A stretch of DNA of 64,000 nucleotides, from assembly GCA_951406725.2 (NCBI GenBank), contig OX597824.1, forward strand, positions 11,718,001 to 11,782,000, in the 5' to 3' direction. The stretch is from Octopus vulgaris. Lineage: Eukaryota. Position numbers and translations under genes: made by a program. This document shows, piece after piece, positions 25,627 to 39,289 of the stretch. Positions within the stretch are counted from its first letter, which is position 1. Each line of letters opens with the position of its first letter. The notes under the pieces were generated by a model. It ran no database searches and was not told where the DNA came from. It saw only the letters and a program-made list of their open reading frames with translations.

Positions 25627-26075
25627 ATAATAATAATAATAATAATGAAATTATTGTATACAGTGCTCAGGTGCACCACAACTTGTCAAAAGTGCATATA
25701 AAGTCTGGAAAGCGAACAGTGTATGAGTCAGGTACATGCTTGTGTGTGTATGGAGGGGAGACAATCAGGTGTAGTAGTGTTGGCGAATCTCAGGAAGCAT
25801 GGAAGTTTTGAAGGATGCAGTGCTCTGACAACTAACAACTGATGCCGGCAGTTTGTTCCATGCTTCAGCAACTCTCAGCGTGAAAAAATGTTTCCGAAAG
25901 TCACAGGAGCTGTGTTGTTTTCTGACTTTGTAAACATGTCCACGGGTGTTAAGACAGGTGGAGTTTGAAAAGGTGCTGAGAGTTTATTGTTTGTAAGATG
26001 GTTAATAATTTTATGGGTGTCTGCCAAGTCAGCTGCCAGACGTCGGAGTTTCAATGTGTCCATGCCCAGGGAAGT
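25627..26075 (-). mobile_element. CR1-clade LINE 3' end
   Basis: MDTLKLRRLAADL..; (TTA)n tail. Confidence 0.85.
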
Positions 26076-26407
26076 AATTGTTGCATACAGTATCCAGGTG
26101 CACTACAACTAAAAAGAAAAGGTCCATCAAGTGTACAGTTGGCGGGTTTCAGGAAGCATGGAAGTTTTGAAGGACCCTGGACAAAAAAAAAAAAGTGCAC
26201 AGAGGATTTGGTTTGAATGCTTGCAGTATAGTGATATCGTTAAATGCCCACGAAACCTACATAGTGTCAAACCAGGCAACATACTAGATCTATTACACTA
26301 CTTAGGTCTAAATACATATCACAAATATCGATATTAAAATTATTGATCTAGAGATGAGTAACTGAAGTCTCTGAGTTTAACGGCTACAAATATAACGTTC
26401 CCACTAA

Positions 26408-26804
26408 TCTCTCTCTATATAAAGCTGAAGTTGTCTGTGTATGGCAGGTTTGGTAGCCTTCAACTAACACTATCACCTCCGAGACCCTGCGGCGCAAGTT
26501 GACCAAAATTGAGAGTATGATAGAAGAAGGCTTGCTCTTTCTTACGTAGCAGAAATAATTGAAATCGGACCATGTTAACACCAAAAATTATTTACATCAA
26601 AACGGTGCTTTTTTTCTATGAAAATCCCTATATTTTACGATTTTTTACTGCTGTGTCGTCATTTTTCGGTGTATTTCAACTAGAAAAATGTTCACTTAAA
26701 GAGAATAACAAGCTACATAATGCAAAATTTTTACTTTTCAAAAATTCCGATTCTAAAGAGTCAAAAAGAAAACAAGCCCGAGCAACACTGGGCGATACTG
26801 CTAG
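26408..26804 (+). mobile_element. Non-autonomous Helitron
   Basis: A|TC start, GC-rich hairpin then CTAG|T end, no TSD; copies at 40041 and 61169. Confidence 0.8.
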
Positions 26805-27049
26805 TACAAAATAGATTTGATCGGAACGACTTCTAGAGGGGGAACAACTCTGATGGGCTTACTGGAAATATTCTGTCCTCTCCATTAACACTGGTATTTC
26901 TCAAAAAGCTTCACAACGAAAGATGCCGGCATGTCTATGTATTAAAGAAGCTAGCTTGACAAGAACGTGGTTTCGGGTTCAGTTCCACTGCGCGGTACCT
27001 TGGGCAAATATTTTCTATTGTAGCCCAGGGCCTACAAATACATTTGTTT

Positions 27050-27250
27050 ATTTCAAAACTTCCATGCTTCCTGAGATTCGCCAACAATACACCTGATTTT
27101 TCTCCCCTCCATACACACACAAGCATGTATCTGACTCATACATTGTTCGCTTTCCAGACATTTCTACATTACTGCATGTACTTTATATGCACTTTCTGAC
27201 AAGTTGTGGGGCACCTGAGCACTGTATACAATAATTTCATTATTATTATA
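27050..27250 (+). mobile_element. CR1 3' UTR fragment
   Basis: Matches 21580-21775. Confidence 0.8.
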
Positions 27251-27349
27251 TTATTTATTTAAGATGCCAAATAAAAAGCATTAGCAATACGAAGAGATAA
27301 TGGTACCCAACGGGCGGTTTCCGATTAATATATGCAAAATATATGCGCG

Positions 27350-27411
<62 letters not shown>

Positions 27412-28029
27412 TGTGTGTGTGTTCGCGCTTTCTTCTATTTTTGATTTTCTAAAATCTTCCTGGAAGGAGCTACTTTCTAACAAAGGTACAAAGCCCCGTC
27501 GTTGATAACAAAAGCGAAGTCACATCTTAAATTCGAGAGGTTTCCACAGATTTATTGTTTTTGTCACAAGCGAATTTGCTGGTTGATTTCTTTTCTTGAG
27601 AAACTTTAAACACCCAGACTGTCACTTGGACATTTACTCAAAATACCAGTTGCACTAATTATCATTGGTTAACCGTTCTCCAGCTATTTAGTTGTAGTGA
27701 GGCCATCTTGGAAATCTTCAGCACGTATGCGCAGAGTTGGATTCTTCCGGGAGGCCTGCCAGAAGTTCCCTCATGCACATACGCAGAAAACTAGCCGCAG
27801 CAAAACTTCCCTCATATGTTTGTATGTATGTATGTATGTATGTATGTATGTATGTATGTATGTATGTATGTATGTATGCATGTATGTATGCATGCATGCA
27901 TATATGTATGTATGTATGTATGTATGCATGCATGCATGCATGCATGCATGCATGTATGTATGTATGTATGTATGTGTTTTATGTATGTAATCTCATGCAT
28001 ATACTTGCATATCTAGACATGCTCATGTA

Positions 28030-29745
28030 TATTTAAATGATAAACTTCTGGAAAGTTTTACAGATTTTTACAGTTCTAGTGATGGATTGGATCTGCAGTC
28101 TTCAAATTAGCTTTCTCCTTTCTGGTTTTAAGAAGCCTAACTTCTCAAGATTGGTATTTAGGCAGTGAGTTACATATCCCAGAGCCCCAATAATTACAGG
28201 TATAAACCCGAACTTGTAATCTGGATAGAGTAAGTGCAGATTTCTCAATAGTTCAGAATAGGCGTTCTCTTTTTCACTGATCTTCAGCTTTATGTTAACA
28301 TCCGCTGGGCAGCTAATTTCCACAACTGTGCATGATTTCTCTTCTCTGTCCCAAACCATTATACCAGGTCTGTTGTGCTTACATTTTATTGGGGTCTTCA
28401 CTGGGACATTCCACCAGTATTCCTTTTCATTATGAGTGGTTATGGCTTCTGCCATACTGTGGGTTCTTATTTCTTTGTCCTTGAGGTTATCTTTCTGATG
28501 GATTACATTATAGAGAGTCCGAGCTACAACATCATGTCTTATGAGCAGATAATACCATGATGACATTTTCAGACAACTGCTTATGATGTGGGTGATATCT
28601 TAAGGGTGAACTCCACAAAGTCTGCATCTGTTGTCACATTTTGCTGCTTTTCCTGCATCTCTATCCCTTTTGTGCATCAGGTACTTGGTTGGTATTTCCT
28701 GTTCCTGGAATGCAAACGCATACCCTTCAAAGTGGGAGGTAGTAATCCAGCTGTTCGTCCATGATAAACTGCTTTGATGATCGATGTTACTATCATCACA
28801 GAGCTTTCTACTAACATATCCATGCATAGTCTTCTGCTCATATAGGCTCATTCATTCATCTGATGATGTGTTGCAGTAGAGTCGTGCGATTTCTTTGGGC
28901 ATGTATTCTAGGTTATCAGACAAAAAGTGTTGCTCAAAGAGCTGCCTTCCAAGTCTTATGATATTATCAGCCTCATGTATGCAAACTTGGTCAAGAGATG
29001 CACTTCGACACTTGGTGGTTAAAAGATGTTGCCAAAGGGATATGATGCGATGTTCAAAGGCATTTTGGGTCGATGTTAAGCCTCTGCCGCTTTGTTTTCA
29101 TTTTAGATAGAGGCAGTCTACGTTACTGTTTATGTGGAAATTATATGTGCTTGTTAGTATGTGCTTTTTCGGGTTTTCACATCAATGGCTCAGATCTCAT
29201 CAAATGTTCAGTCAAGCAGCCCAAATGTTGGTACGAGTACTGACACTGCAAACACATTGTGAGCCACTGTTTAATTGAATGCAAAGAATTCTGTGGTCCA
29301 AATTATTTTATCTGGCTGTAACATTCTTTAGTGGCACGTGTTTTGTTACAAGTGCCATTGTAAGATATATTTTCATCCACCCCTAGATACCTGTAATACT
29401 CCTCGTCAGATACAGGGGAAACAGTCAAATCATAAATGGAGATGTTACTAGTCTGGTTTATAGTTTTCCCCCCTTTCACAACCATATAACAACATTTATC
29501 CTCACCAAACTCCAACCCTGTATCCTTTGAGAATGTTGTAACCAGGCCAAGGCTCTTTTTCATCTCATGCATATTCTTTGCATAAAGTTTCAAGCCATAC
29601 ACAATGAAAGAGTGTGTAATTTTGGTATTTGTTTCCTTGTGAACCAGTGAGATATCCTTGAGACTTCCTTAACATGAATGACAAGGGGTTTACAGAAAGT
29701 ATAAACAACATCATAGAGAAGCTGTCTCCTTGGAATATGCTTTCC
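28030..29745 (-). mobile_element. R4/Dong-clade LINE (RT, CCHC knuckle, RLE), degenerate
   Basis: IFQGDSFS, GLEFGEDKC, YRYLGV, FEGYAFAFQEQEIPT, CRLCG..H..C, RHDVVAR, HNRPGI..VVEISCP, IPVIIGALG; frameshifted. Confidence 0.9.
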
Positions 29746-29941
29746 AAAGTTAACTTAAAAGTTAAATCATTAACGAAAATGATAACTTTGTTTATTAATG
29801 ATTAACAGATTAATGGTTTGGTGCCCAGGTCTGCATCTACTCTATTTCATGGCATAAAAGAGAAATATACATGGGCGTAGTAGACACATCCCAATTTAGC
29901 CAGCGCATATTCCGGAAAAAATGTTTTTAGTGCAATTAACA

Positions 29942-30214
29942 CAGCAATCCCTTGCCATATCACGGTTCACTTATCGCAGTTGACCTATCGCAGTTGACCT
30001 ATCACGGTTCACCTATCACGGTTCACCTGTCGCGGTTTATCATTTAAACTTACATCGATTCCTCTGTGGTGTTGTTTTGCATCTATAATAAAATAATTAT
30101 ATACAAATTATAAAAATAGTTTTAAAAAAATATACAGTACAGTACTGTTTCCACTTCCCGGATTTCCACCTATCACAGGTTTTTTTAGAACCCGCGATAA
30201 TCGAGAGATTACTG
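29942..30214. mobile_element. Tigger/pogo-like MITE with 15-bp subterminal repeats
   Basis: CAGCAATCCCTTG..TATCACGG vs CCGCGATA..CGAGAGATTACTG|TA; tandem CTATCRCRGTTSAC. Confidence 0.65.
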
Positions 30215-31306
30215 TATAGTGTAAACTTCATGCGCAAGACACAGGATGATTTTTTGAAACTTTTTTTTTTTGTTTTTGGGAAAAAATAAAAGTGCGTTTT
30301 ATATGTCACCAAATATGGCGTGTGTGCCTGTAACCATAGAAGATTGTTATCATTTGGAGGTCACCTATTTTAAAGAGACTATTTCCTGACTGAGTATATT
30401 GTTATAGCTAGACAGCATCTGAAATATAATCCACACAATGCCAGAACGTGTCGAGACTTAATTTTTCTTTTTCAAGTGAGTACTTGATTATTTAGAAGCA
30501 AACCATTCTGTCCGTAGAGCTTATATCTCCATCTGGTTAAAGTTTCACTCCGTCAAACTAAAATCAACTTGGCTCAAAATAAACAGATCACAGTGGAAAC
30601 AAATAATTCTAAAATGAATATTAACAATTAAGTATCAAGGATTAAGTAAAAACACTTAAAATTGCTTTAAAAGCATCCCGGAACACAAGACATGCCACAT
30701 AGTTTGTTTGAGTGACATCCGTTCCTTTCGCTTTAAAAAAACATGAAACGTGAAACAGAAAAAGTTAACACTGGTAATCACAATTACCAATTGAAGGCAT
30801 TTATAAGCAACTTCATTTAATGAAATCCTGGGATCTTTTCAGTTTTGCTGCCAATTTTCGAAAATTCAAAGTTTATTGAAGATTTCAAAATTTGGTATAT
30901 TAATGTAGTTTTCCAGGCTGAATTTCTGGAGATACTTCACTTTCCCCAGAAAAATTAAAAAAAGAAAGTTAAAGAGGTTTAAAGTTTGATCATTTTCATC
31001 CAGTCAGAAAACAGGATTTGAAAACAGCATGTGTTGTTGACAAATGAAATTCTGCAACAAAAGATTTTTTGTTACGTGATTTAAGGCTTATTTGGCCGCC
31101 AATTTTTAGCTCATTTGACAACCACCTCAGTGACTGGAATATACATGTGCTTTCTCGCAGACAAAACAGTTCTCACGCTTGGCTTGTTATTATGGAAACA
31201 GGCATGAATGAGTCTGTGGCTTACGATTACCAAAAAACCGCAAACTCTAAAAGTTAATTATCGACTTATCACAGAAATGAATTTCAAAGCAGTGATTAGC
31301 ACATAT

Positions 31307-31625
31307 GGAGGTGCAATGGCCCAGTGGTTTGGGCAGTGGACTCGCAGTTGTAGGATTGCAGTTTCGATTCCCAGACCGGATGTTGTGAGTATTTATTGAG
31401 CGAAAACACCTAAAAGCTCCGTGAGGCTCCGGCAGTGGGGTGGCGACCCCTGCTGTACTCTTTCGCCACAACTTTCTCTCACTCTTTCTTCCTGTTGGCC
31501 TGCTCGCTTAGCCAGCGGGGTGGCGTCATTTGAAGACTAAAACAATGCAAAGTGCATTGTGATCAGCGATGTGTAGCAACATAGCAACATCTGATAGCCT
31601 GGTCGGTCATGGTGATCACGGTGAT
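31307..31625 (+). mobile_element. tRNA-derived SINE (third family)
   Basis: A-box TGGCCCAGTGG, B-box GTTTCGATTCC, ends in short tandem GGTGAT repeats. Confidence 0.6.
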
Positions 31626-31769
31626 TAGCATATAAAACCATGTCATTAGACCGAATTTGAAATCAATTCGGGCAGGAATTGAAGAGATTGAAAATTGGCT
31701 GCCAAACAGAAAAAATCCAAATCCTGTGTAATGAATGCTTAATTCGAGCGTACAGTGTTTAGAATAAAG

Positions 31770-31978
31770 TGGTGAGCTTGTAGAATTGTTAGCACACCTA
31801 GCAAAATGCTTAGCAGCATTTTGTCCATCTTTTGGTTCTGAGATGAAATTCCGCCTAGGTTGACTTTGTTTTTTATCATTTCGGAGTCCATAAAATAAGT
31901 ACAAGCTGAGTACTGAGGGTCGAATGTAATCGACTAGCCCCCGAAACTGCCGGCCTTGTGCCAAAATTTGAAACCACT
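31770..31978 (+). mobile_element. SINE A-type with alternative tail
   Basis: Family A head/body, tail GGCCTTGTGCCAAAATTTGAAACC. Confidence 0.7.
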
Positions 31979-32028
31979 ATAGTGTTTAGAACATTTATTT
32001 TATTTTGGATGGAAGCATATGTGTCACC

Positions 32029-32533
32029 GTGGAGGCGCGTGGCTTAGTGGTTAGGGTGTCAGCATCATGATCGTAATATTCTGGTTTCGATTCCTGGACT
32101 GGGCGACGCGTTGTGTTCTTGAGCAAAACACTTCATTTCACGTTGCTCCAGTCCACTCAGCTGGCAAAAGTGAGTAACGCTGCGATGGACTGGCGTCCCA
32201 TCCAGCTGGGGAACACATACGCCATAGAAACCGGGAAACTGAGCCCATGAGCCTGGCTAGGCTTTAAAAGGGCGCATTTATTGTGGAGGCACGTGGCTTA
32301 GTGGTTAGATTGTGAGCATCATGATCGTAAGATTGTAGTTTCGATTCCTGGACCGAGCAACGCGTTGTGTTCTTGAACAAAACACTTCATTTCACATTGC
32401 TCCAGTCCACTCAGCTGGTAAAGACGAGTAACGCTTCGATTGACTGGCGTCCCCTCCAGCTGGGAAACACATACACCATTGAAACCGGGAAACCGGGCTC
32501 ATGAGCCTGGCTTGGCTTTAAAAGGGCACATTT
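32029..32533 (+). mobile_element. Tandem pair of tRNA-derived SINEs (about 253 bp unit)
   Basis: GTGGAGGC.CGTGGCTTAGTGGTTAG..GTTTCGATTCCTGGAC..TTTAAAAGGGC.CATTTA repeated at 32029 and 32283. Confidence 0.8.
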
Positions 32534-32772
32534 ATATTATATTTTATTTTATACACACATAGATATATATACATATATGCACACACACACACACATGCAG
32601 GCATGGGCCACCTGGTCTCACGTCTTCGCCATGAACAGGAATTAATCTTTCTTCATTCCTTTGCGACATATGGGCTCAACTGAATTACCTCTCTTCATCT
32701 GACGCCAACCTCACACGGATTCCCTCACACCTCTCACATTCAACTGCCCCTCTCCAACTACACACCTGCATA

Positions 32773-33005
32773 CCTATTTCTTTACTACCCACAAGGGGCT
32801 AAATACAGAGAGGACAAACAAGGACAGACGAACGGATTAAGTCGATTACATCGACCCCAGTGCGTAACTGGTACTTATTTAATCGACCCCGAAAGGATGA
32901 AAAGCAAAGTCGACCTCAGCGGAATTTGAACTCAGAATGCAGCAGTGGACGAAATACCACAAAGCATTTCACCCAGCATGTTAATGTTTCTACCAGCTCG
33001 CTGCC
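32773..33005 (-). mobile_element. SINE family A
   Basis: TSD ACACCTGCATACC. Confidence 0.85.
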
Positions 33006-33904
33006 TTTACACCTGCATACCGCCTACATCAGTACCCTCACCACTATACACACACCCCCATACACAATAATGTTCAGCTCATTACTTACTTCACACACCA
33101 TTGCACACACACACACACCTACAAACACCTTCCCACTCCACACACACACTAGCACCAATCACCTCCTCAGCACCCACATCCGCACACCATTATCCATGCA
33201 CCCACACGCAATTTTCAATAGCGTCACCAGACACACCACTATATGCGCAGACCCCCCACACATTGTTTAACTCAGTACACACACCACACACCACCATGCA
33301 CACTGCCACACCTACACAAGCCCATAATACCTGAACACAGGCAATATATACACACGCAACGTGCATAAACACATGCAACACGCATAGACACAGATGACTC
33401 TCACCCGCAAACATGCACTGTACACATGCACACTATTTGGTCACAGACACATACACACGTGCACACACCACCTGAACAAGCACACATCAACTGCTACACA
33501 CACACACATCAACTGCTACACACACACACATCAACTGCTACACACACACACATCAACTGCTACACACACGCACATCATACTCATACACACACGCACACAT
33601 ACATACATTAGCCTCACACATATACGCACGTCCAAACGCACACTCACATATATACACACACTCTCGCTCACACACACTCTCACTCACGCACACTCTCGCT
33701 CACACACATATACACACATACATTTTCACATACACACACATGCTTGCAAATCTTAGTTTTTTTGGTGGTGGGGGGGTCACTGTTATCGTTATTATTATTA
33801 TTATCTCTCTTCCATTCAGTCTCTTTTTTTCCGGTCATCTCGTCATATTGGACTGTTGACTCCACATATTTTTTTCTGTCCATTTCTTTTTCATTCTCTC
33901 TCCA

Positions 33905-34048
33905 TTTTTTCACCCTCTTAATCCTCTCTATCGAAGAGCATAGGCTTGAAATGTAAAAGACTTTTCCATTCTTCCCGAGCGTCAAACTAATACACCTGTT
34001 TGTTGTTCCTAACCATGTCTTTGTCTTTTGTTTTCTGTAAATTTTATT

Positions 34049-34136
<88 letters not shown>

Positions 34137-35723
34137 AAGAATTCACAAAAATAACAAGACAGTGGGTGTAGACAACAAACAGGTGTATTAGTTTAATGCT
34201 CGGGAAGTGAAAAAGTCATTAACGTTTCGAGCCTACGCTCTTCCACAGAAAGGAACACAGAAAGAAACAAGGAGAGAAAATAAAGAATGTGTGGTGGCTA
34301 ACGATCTATCATGGCGAATGCTGGACAGAAGGGTCGCATAGGAGAGCTAGGGAGAATGGGAAATAATAAAGTAGTGGTGATCTCAAAACGAAGGTGCGTG
34401 TGTGTATGTATAAGAGAATTTGTATGTGCGTGTGGAAGAGGGCTGGTGATCTTGATGTGTGCGTGTGTGTACGAGTAGGTGTGAAAATGTGAGTCTGGGA
34501 AGTGGTCCGTGCTGATGTATGCATGGTGGTGTGTTATATATATATTCATGTAACTCTTTGTGTTGAGTGCCTTTTTCTTTTGTTTTTCCACTCACTCGTG
34601 TGTGTATACCTGGACTTTATTCTACTCTCCTACACTCGGACTCCTACACTTTTGCTGCACCTCTCCTACCCATGGATTACACTAGACTCTTCCTTTGATG
34701 GAAAATCGCTCCAATACACCACGACATTTGAACCTTTTGAACTTTTCTGTACTTTATGCTTTTTCCTATTGTCGTTTCTCTCAATCCGCACTTGTTACCT
34801 TGCCCCTCTCTCCCTCCCTTTTTCCCCCTTTTGTCTTCTCTTCTCCCTTTCTTCTCTTTTCTCTTTGTTCTTACTCCTTCTTTTATTTTTTCCTTCTCTT
34901 CCCACCTCTTGTATTTTTTCTCTCCCCTTCTTCCTAGCCCTCCTGTGTGACCCCTCTGTTCGGCATTTGTCATGATAGTTCGCTAGCCACTAAACCTTTT
35001 CTATTTTCTCTCCCTGTTTATTTGTTTCCTTTCTGGTGAAGAGCGTAGGCTCGAAATGTAAAAGACTTTCTCACCCCCGAGCGTTAAACTAATACATCTG
35101 TTTGTTGTTTACACACCATTCTTCGTCTTCTGTTTTTTTTTTGTAAATGCTCACTATTAAATATATATATATATATATATATTCATATGTATATGTGTAT
35201 ATGTGTATATATTTATGTCTTACATATATATGTCTGCATATGTATATGGTCTATGTATATCAATCTGTGTATTTTGATGTATATATGTATATTGAAGGTT
35301 TAGTATGCATATATAATGTAAAATATTTTAATTTTTAATGTGTTAATTGTATTAATCGAATTATATTTCATATACAATTAATGACAATATATATTTTGAA
35401 TCTGCTCCTCGATTTAAGGTTTTTCCTCGATTTTTTATAATAGGATGAATTTATATTGAATTCATTTATTTTGTTTATTTTGTTTATCGCATGCTTAAGA
35501 CCATTATTTGAAAGGACCAATGAAACAAATCCATTTTTAAAGGTGTATCCTTTAACTAGTTTTGATTATATCGTTATTTCTGTTCTATTTAAGCAAAACT
35601 GTCCGATGAACGGGTAACATCTTTTGTTATATTTCTGCTGCTTTTAAATAAAGCATATTACTCTACCTCTGGTATTTGAGTACTCTTTTTTTCCACCTTG
35701 TTTCACATTTATGTGCTTACTCC

Positions 35724-35769
<46 letters not shown>

Positions 35770-35950
35770 AGAGTTTACGAAAAAACAAAAGACGAAGACA
35801 GGTGGTGTACAAAACAAACAGATGTATTAGTATAACGCTCAGGAATAGAAAAAGTCTTTTACGTTTTGAGCCTACGCTCTTCTACAGAAAGGGACACAGA
35901 AAAAACAAGGAGAGAAAAAAATGTGTAGTGGCTAACGATCTATCATGGCA
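33905..35950. mobile_element. Cluster of Penelope-like terminal-repeat fragments in both orientations
   Basis: Motif CTTTCTGTNGAAGAGCGTAGGCTCGAAACGTAAAAG..AAACTAATACA.CTGTTTG at about 33925(+), 34220(-), 35030(+), 35855(-); hammerhead-like architecture. Confidence 0.6.
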
Positions 35951-36777
35951 ATATATATACATACACACACACTGAATTAAAAGATGAATGTTTTTTTTAC
36001 TGGTGTTTACATACGTTTATGCATTATTTTTATATAGATATATATATATATCTAAGGTGTTTGTAGGTGTGTGTGAGTTGGTAGTTGGTGTTTAAGAATG
36101 CTAATCCAAGAGTGTGTCATTGATAGTCACCAATTATTGCTCAGATAAATCCAGAAGCTGAACCTAAGATCTTTCGTCCGGGCCAAGGGACTCTGGTGTT
36201 GGAAATTAGCCATAAGAAGGACCTGCATCGGGTAAGTATGAAAATAAAAACAAAAAGATGGAAAATAGCATATACAAATAAAATGAATGATATAATCAAG
36301 TCTCATCTTCACAGACGTTCTGGATAAACAATGAATCATGCCATAACCATGTACATTATGTTATGAAGACCAATAATATTATAGGTGCTTGGATTAACAC
36401 GGATTTTGAGAGATCCGTTATACAAAATCACTTTATCCAAATCAGAAGAATTACTTCAAGTCCCGGATCTCTCAAAATCCGTGCCAATCCATTAACAACT
36501 TTCCACATAAATTCTCCGCACGCCTACTTTTGTTAATATTTCCTTTTTTTGTTATTTTTTTTTTGTTTTGGCTTGTTATACTTCCACAGTTGCCAGACGA
36601 ATGTTGCTTCTATAGCTGACTTCCTACTTCATCATAGCCGCCGGTCCTAGTTGAAGGAGTTGGAGATTAAGTTTCGATACTACCTACGTCACACTTGCTT
36701 TAATATTCTTCAACATGATATGCAAGATGTGTGTGTGTGTATGTATATATGCATACATGCATACACACACACCCATA

Positions 36778-37067
36778 TTCTTTTACTTGTTTCAGTCATT
36801 TGACTGTAGCCATGCTGGAGCACTGCTTTTAGTCGAACAAATTGACCCCAGGACTTATTCTTTGCAAACCTAGTACTTATACTGTCATCCACTTTCGCTG
36901 AACCCCTAAGTTAAGGGGACATAAACACACCAGCACCAGTGGTCAAGTGATGTTGGGGGCGGGGGACAAACATAGACACACACACATATATATACATACA
37001 CACACACATATATATACATACACACACACATATATATACATACACACACACACACACATATATACAT

Positions 37068-37117
<50 letters not shown>

Positions 37118-37274
37118 GGCCTCTTTCAGTTTCCATCTACCAGATCCACTCGCAAGACTTTGGTCAGCCTGAGGCTATAGAAGAAGACACTCGCCCAAGG
37201 TTCCACGCAGTGGGACTGAACCTGGAACCATGTGGTTGGTAAGCAGACTACTTACCACACAGCCACTCCTACGC
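36778..37274 (-). mobile_element. SINE family B
   Basis: Full-length reverse copy with expanded microsatellite. Confidence 0.85.
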
Positions 37275-37643
37275 TTCATCATTTAACTTCCATTTTCTAT
37301 GCTGGCGTAGGTTGGACGACTTGACAGGAACTGGCAAGGCCACAAGCCCATACCAGATTCCATATTCTGTTTTGGATTGGTTTCTACAGCTTGATGCCCT
37401 TCCTAACTGCAACCACTTCCAGGATATACTAGGTGCTTTTTACGTGGCACCTTGAGTTTAGGATATCAATTGTTGTGGTGGACGGGTCTTCTTGAATTCA
37501 GCAATGCACCACATATCTCAGCCGTCCCCCATCTCCTTCGAAAGGCTCAGCGCTTTGAGATTGGCCTTCAATACTTCATCCCATGTCTTTCTGGGTCACC
37601 CTTTTCCACAACTTCCCATACGTATATATATATATATATATAT

Positions 37644-38020
37644 GTACAAGCAAAATGCCCCCCGTCCAATGGATGGTACTGAGTTGTCAAACATTTAAAC
37701 CAAATTTTCTCAAAACAACTTGACCGACTGTCCTATAGGTCTCCCCTTTGAGAAACAGTGATTTAACCTAAATTTGAGACACCAGCAAAAGAAGAAATAA
37801 AGATAGACATTTTCTCTATTCCAAAGAAAAACGATTTCCCACGGCTTTATTGATCGCCTTAGCACCTGGAATCGATTTTTGTAATTTTTTCAAGACTTAT
37901 ACATGCCCTAATACCGTTGGTATCTATATATCAAATTTGAGCGCAATCGGATGGAGGATGCCTGAGATCCGAGAAGACACACACACACACACACAGACAG
38001 AATGGATTTTACATAAAAGA
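37644..38020 (-). mobile_element. Helitron-like non-autonomous element (degenerate)
   Basis: Minus strand starts A|TCTTTTATGTAAAA..(TG)n; ends in hairpin CCATCC-ATT-GGACGG then CTTG|T. Confidence 0.45.
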
Positions 38021-38431
38021 TATGTGTGTTTGTACATATGTACACACATCTTAGATTCATATTTTTTATAGTGTTTGCAGTAAGTAGAGTGTCCCTTGTC
38101 ATCAAGATCTTAAAATAGGTAGTTAAACCCCATAGAATTATATTTTTATGAAGGCAGAATCAATGTTGACCCTAATGAGATTTGAACTGAGGGTGTCCTG
38201 AAAGAAAACAGCACATGTTTACTGGGATGTTCTATCGTATTTATCACATCTTTGCTATAAATCCTTTCCTTATAGGCCAAAGGCCTGAAACTTTTGGGAA
38301 GAGGCTAGTTGATTAAGTCAACCTAGTGGTCAACTGGTACTTATTTTATCAATCCCGAAAGTACAAAAGGCAAAGTCAACCTCGGCAGTAATTGAACTCA
38401 GAAGGTAAAGACAGACAAAATGTCACTAAAC

Positions 38432-38828
38432 AGGGGTGGCTGTGTGGTAAGAAGCTTGCTTCACAACCACATGGTCTCAGGTTCAGTCCCACTGCATAGC
38501 ATTTTGGGCAAGTGTCTTCTGCTATAGCCTCAGTCAAACCAAAGCCTTATGAGTGGATTTGGTAGATGGAAACTGAAAGAAGCCAGTCGTATATTATATA
38601 TATGTGTGTGTTTGTGTGCGTGCACGTATGTCTTTGTGTCTGTGATTGTTCCCTCAATACCCCTCGACAACTGGTGCTGGTGTTTTTATGCCGCCGTAAC
38701 TTAGCAGTTCGGCAAAAGAGATCAACAGAATAAGTACCAGGCTTAAAAAAGTTACTGGGGCTGATGCATTCGACTATAAATTTCTCTGCTCCAGTATGGC
38801 TGCAGTCTAATGACTGAAACAAGTAAAA
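38432..38828 (+). mobile_element. SINE family B
   Basis: Diverged full-length copy. Confidence 0.75.
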
Positions 38829-38897
38829 AAAACAAAAAAACCATTTTGTCTGACGTGGTAACGATTCTGCCAGTTCGCCACCTTAATCTTTGCTTTG

Positions 38898-39248
38898 CTC
38901 TTTTACTTGTTTCAGACATTTGACTGTGGCCATGCTGGAGCACCGCCTTTAGTCGAGCAAATCGACCCCAAGACTTATTCTTTGTAAGCCTAGTACTTAT
39001 TCTATCTTACAGGGACATCAACACACCAGCATTGGTTGTCAAGTGATGTTGTGGGGACAAACACAGACAGACAAACATATATATGACGGGCTTCTTTAAG
39101 TTTCCATCTACCAAATCTACTCACAAGGCTTTGGTCGGCCCAAGGCTATAGTAGAAGACACTTGCCAAAGGTGCCACGCAGTGGGACTGAACCCAGAACC
39201 ATGTGGTTGGTAAGCAATCTACTTACCACACAGCCACTCCTACGCCTA
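38898..39248 (-). mobile_element. SINE family B
   Basis: Reverse copy, tail-to-tail with 38432-38828. Confidence 0.8.
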
Positions 39249-39289
39249 TGAATTTGTTATGAATTATTCCACCACAAAACGCATTATAT

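Noticed and set aside
32029-32100. tRNA genes at SINE heads
   Set aside because: A/B boxes are present but there is no complete cloverleaf, and they continue into SINE bodies.
33040-33745. His/Thr-rich ORFs and 22-bp tandem repeat
   Set aside because: Degenerate CA-rich low-complexity DNA.
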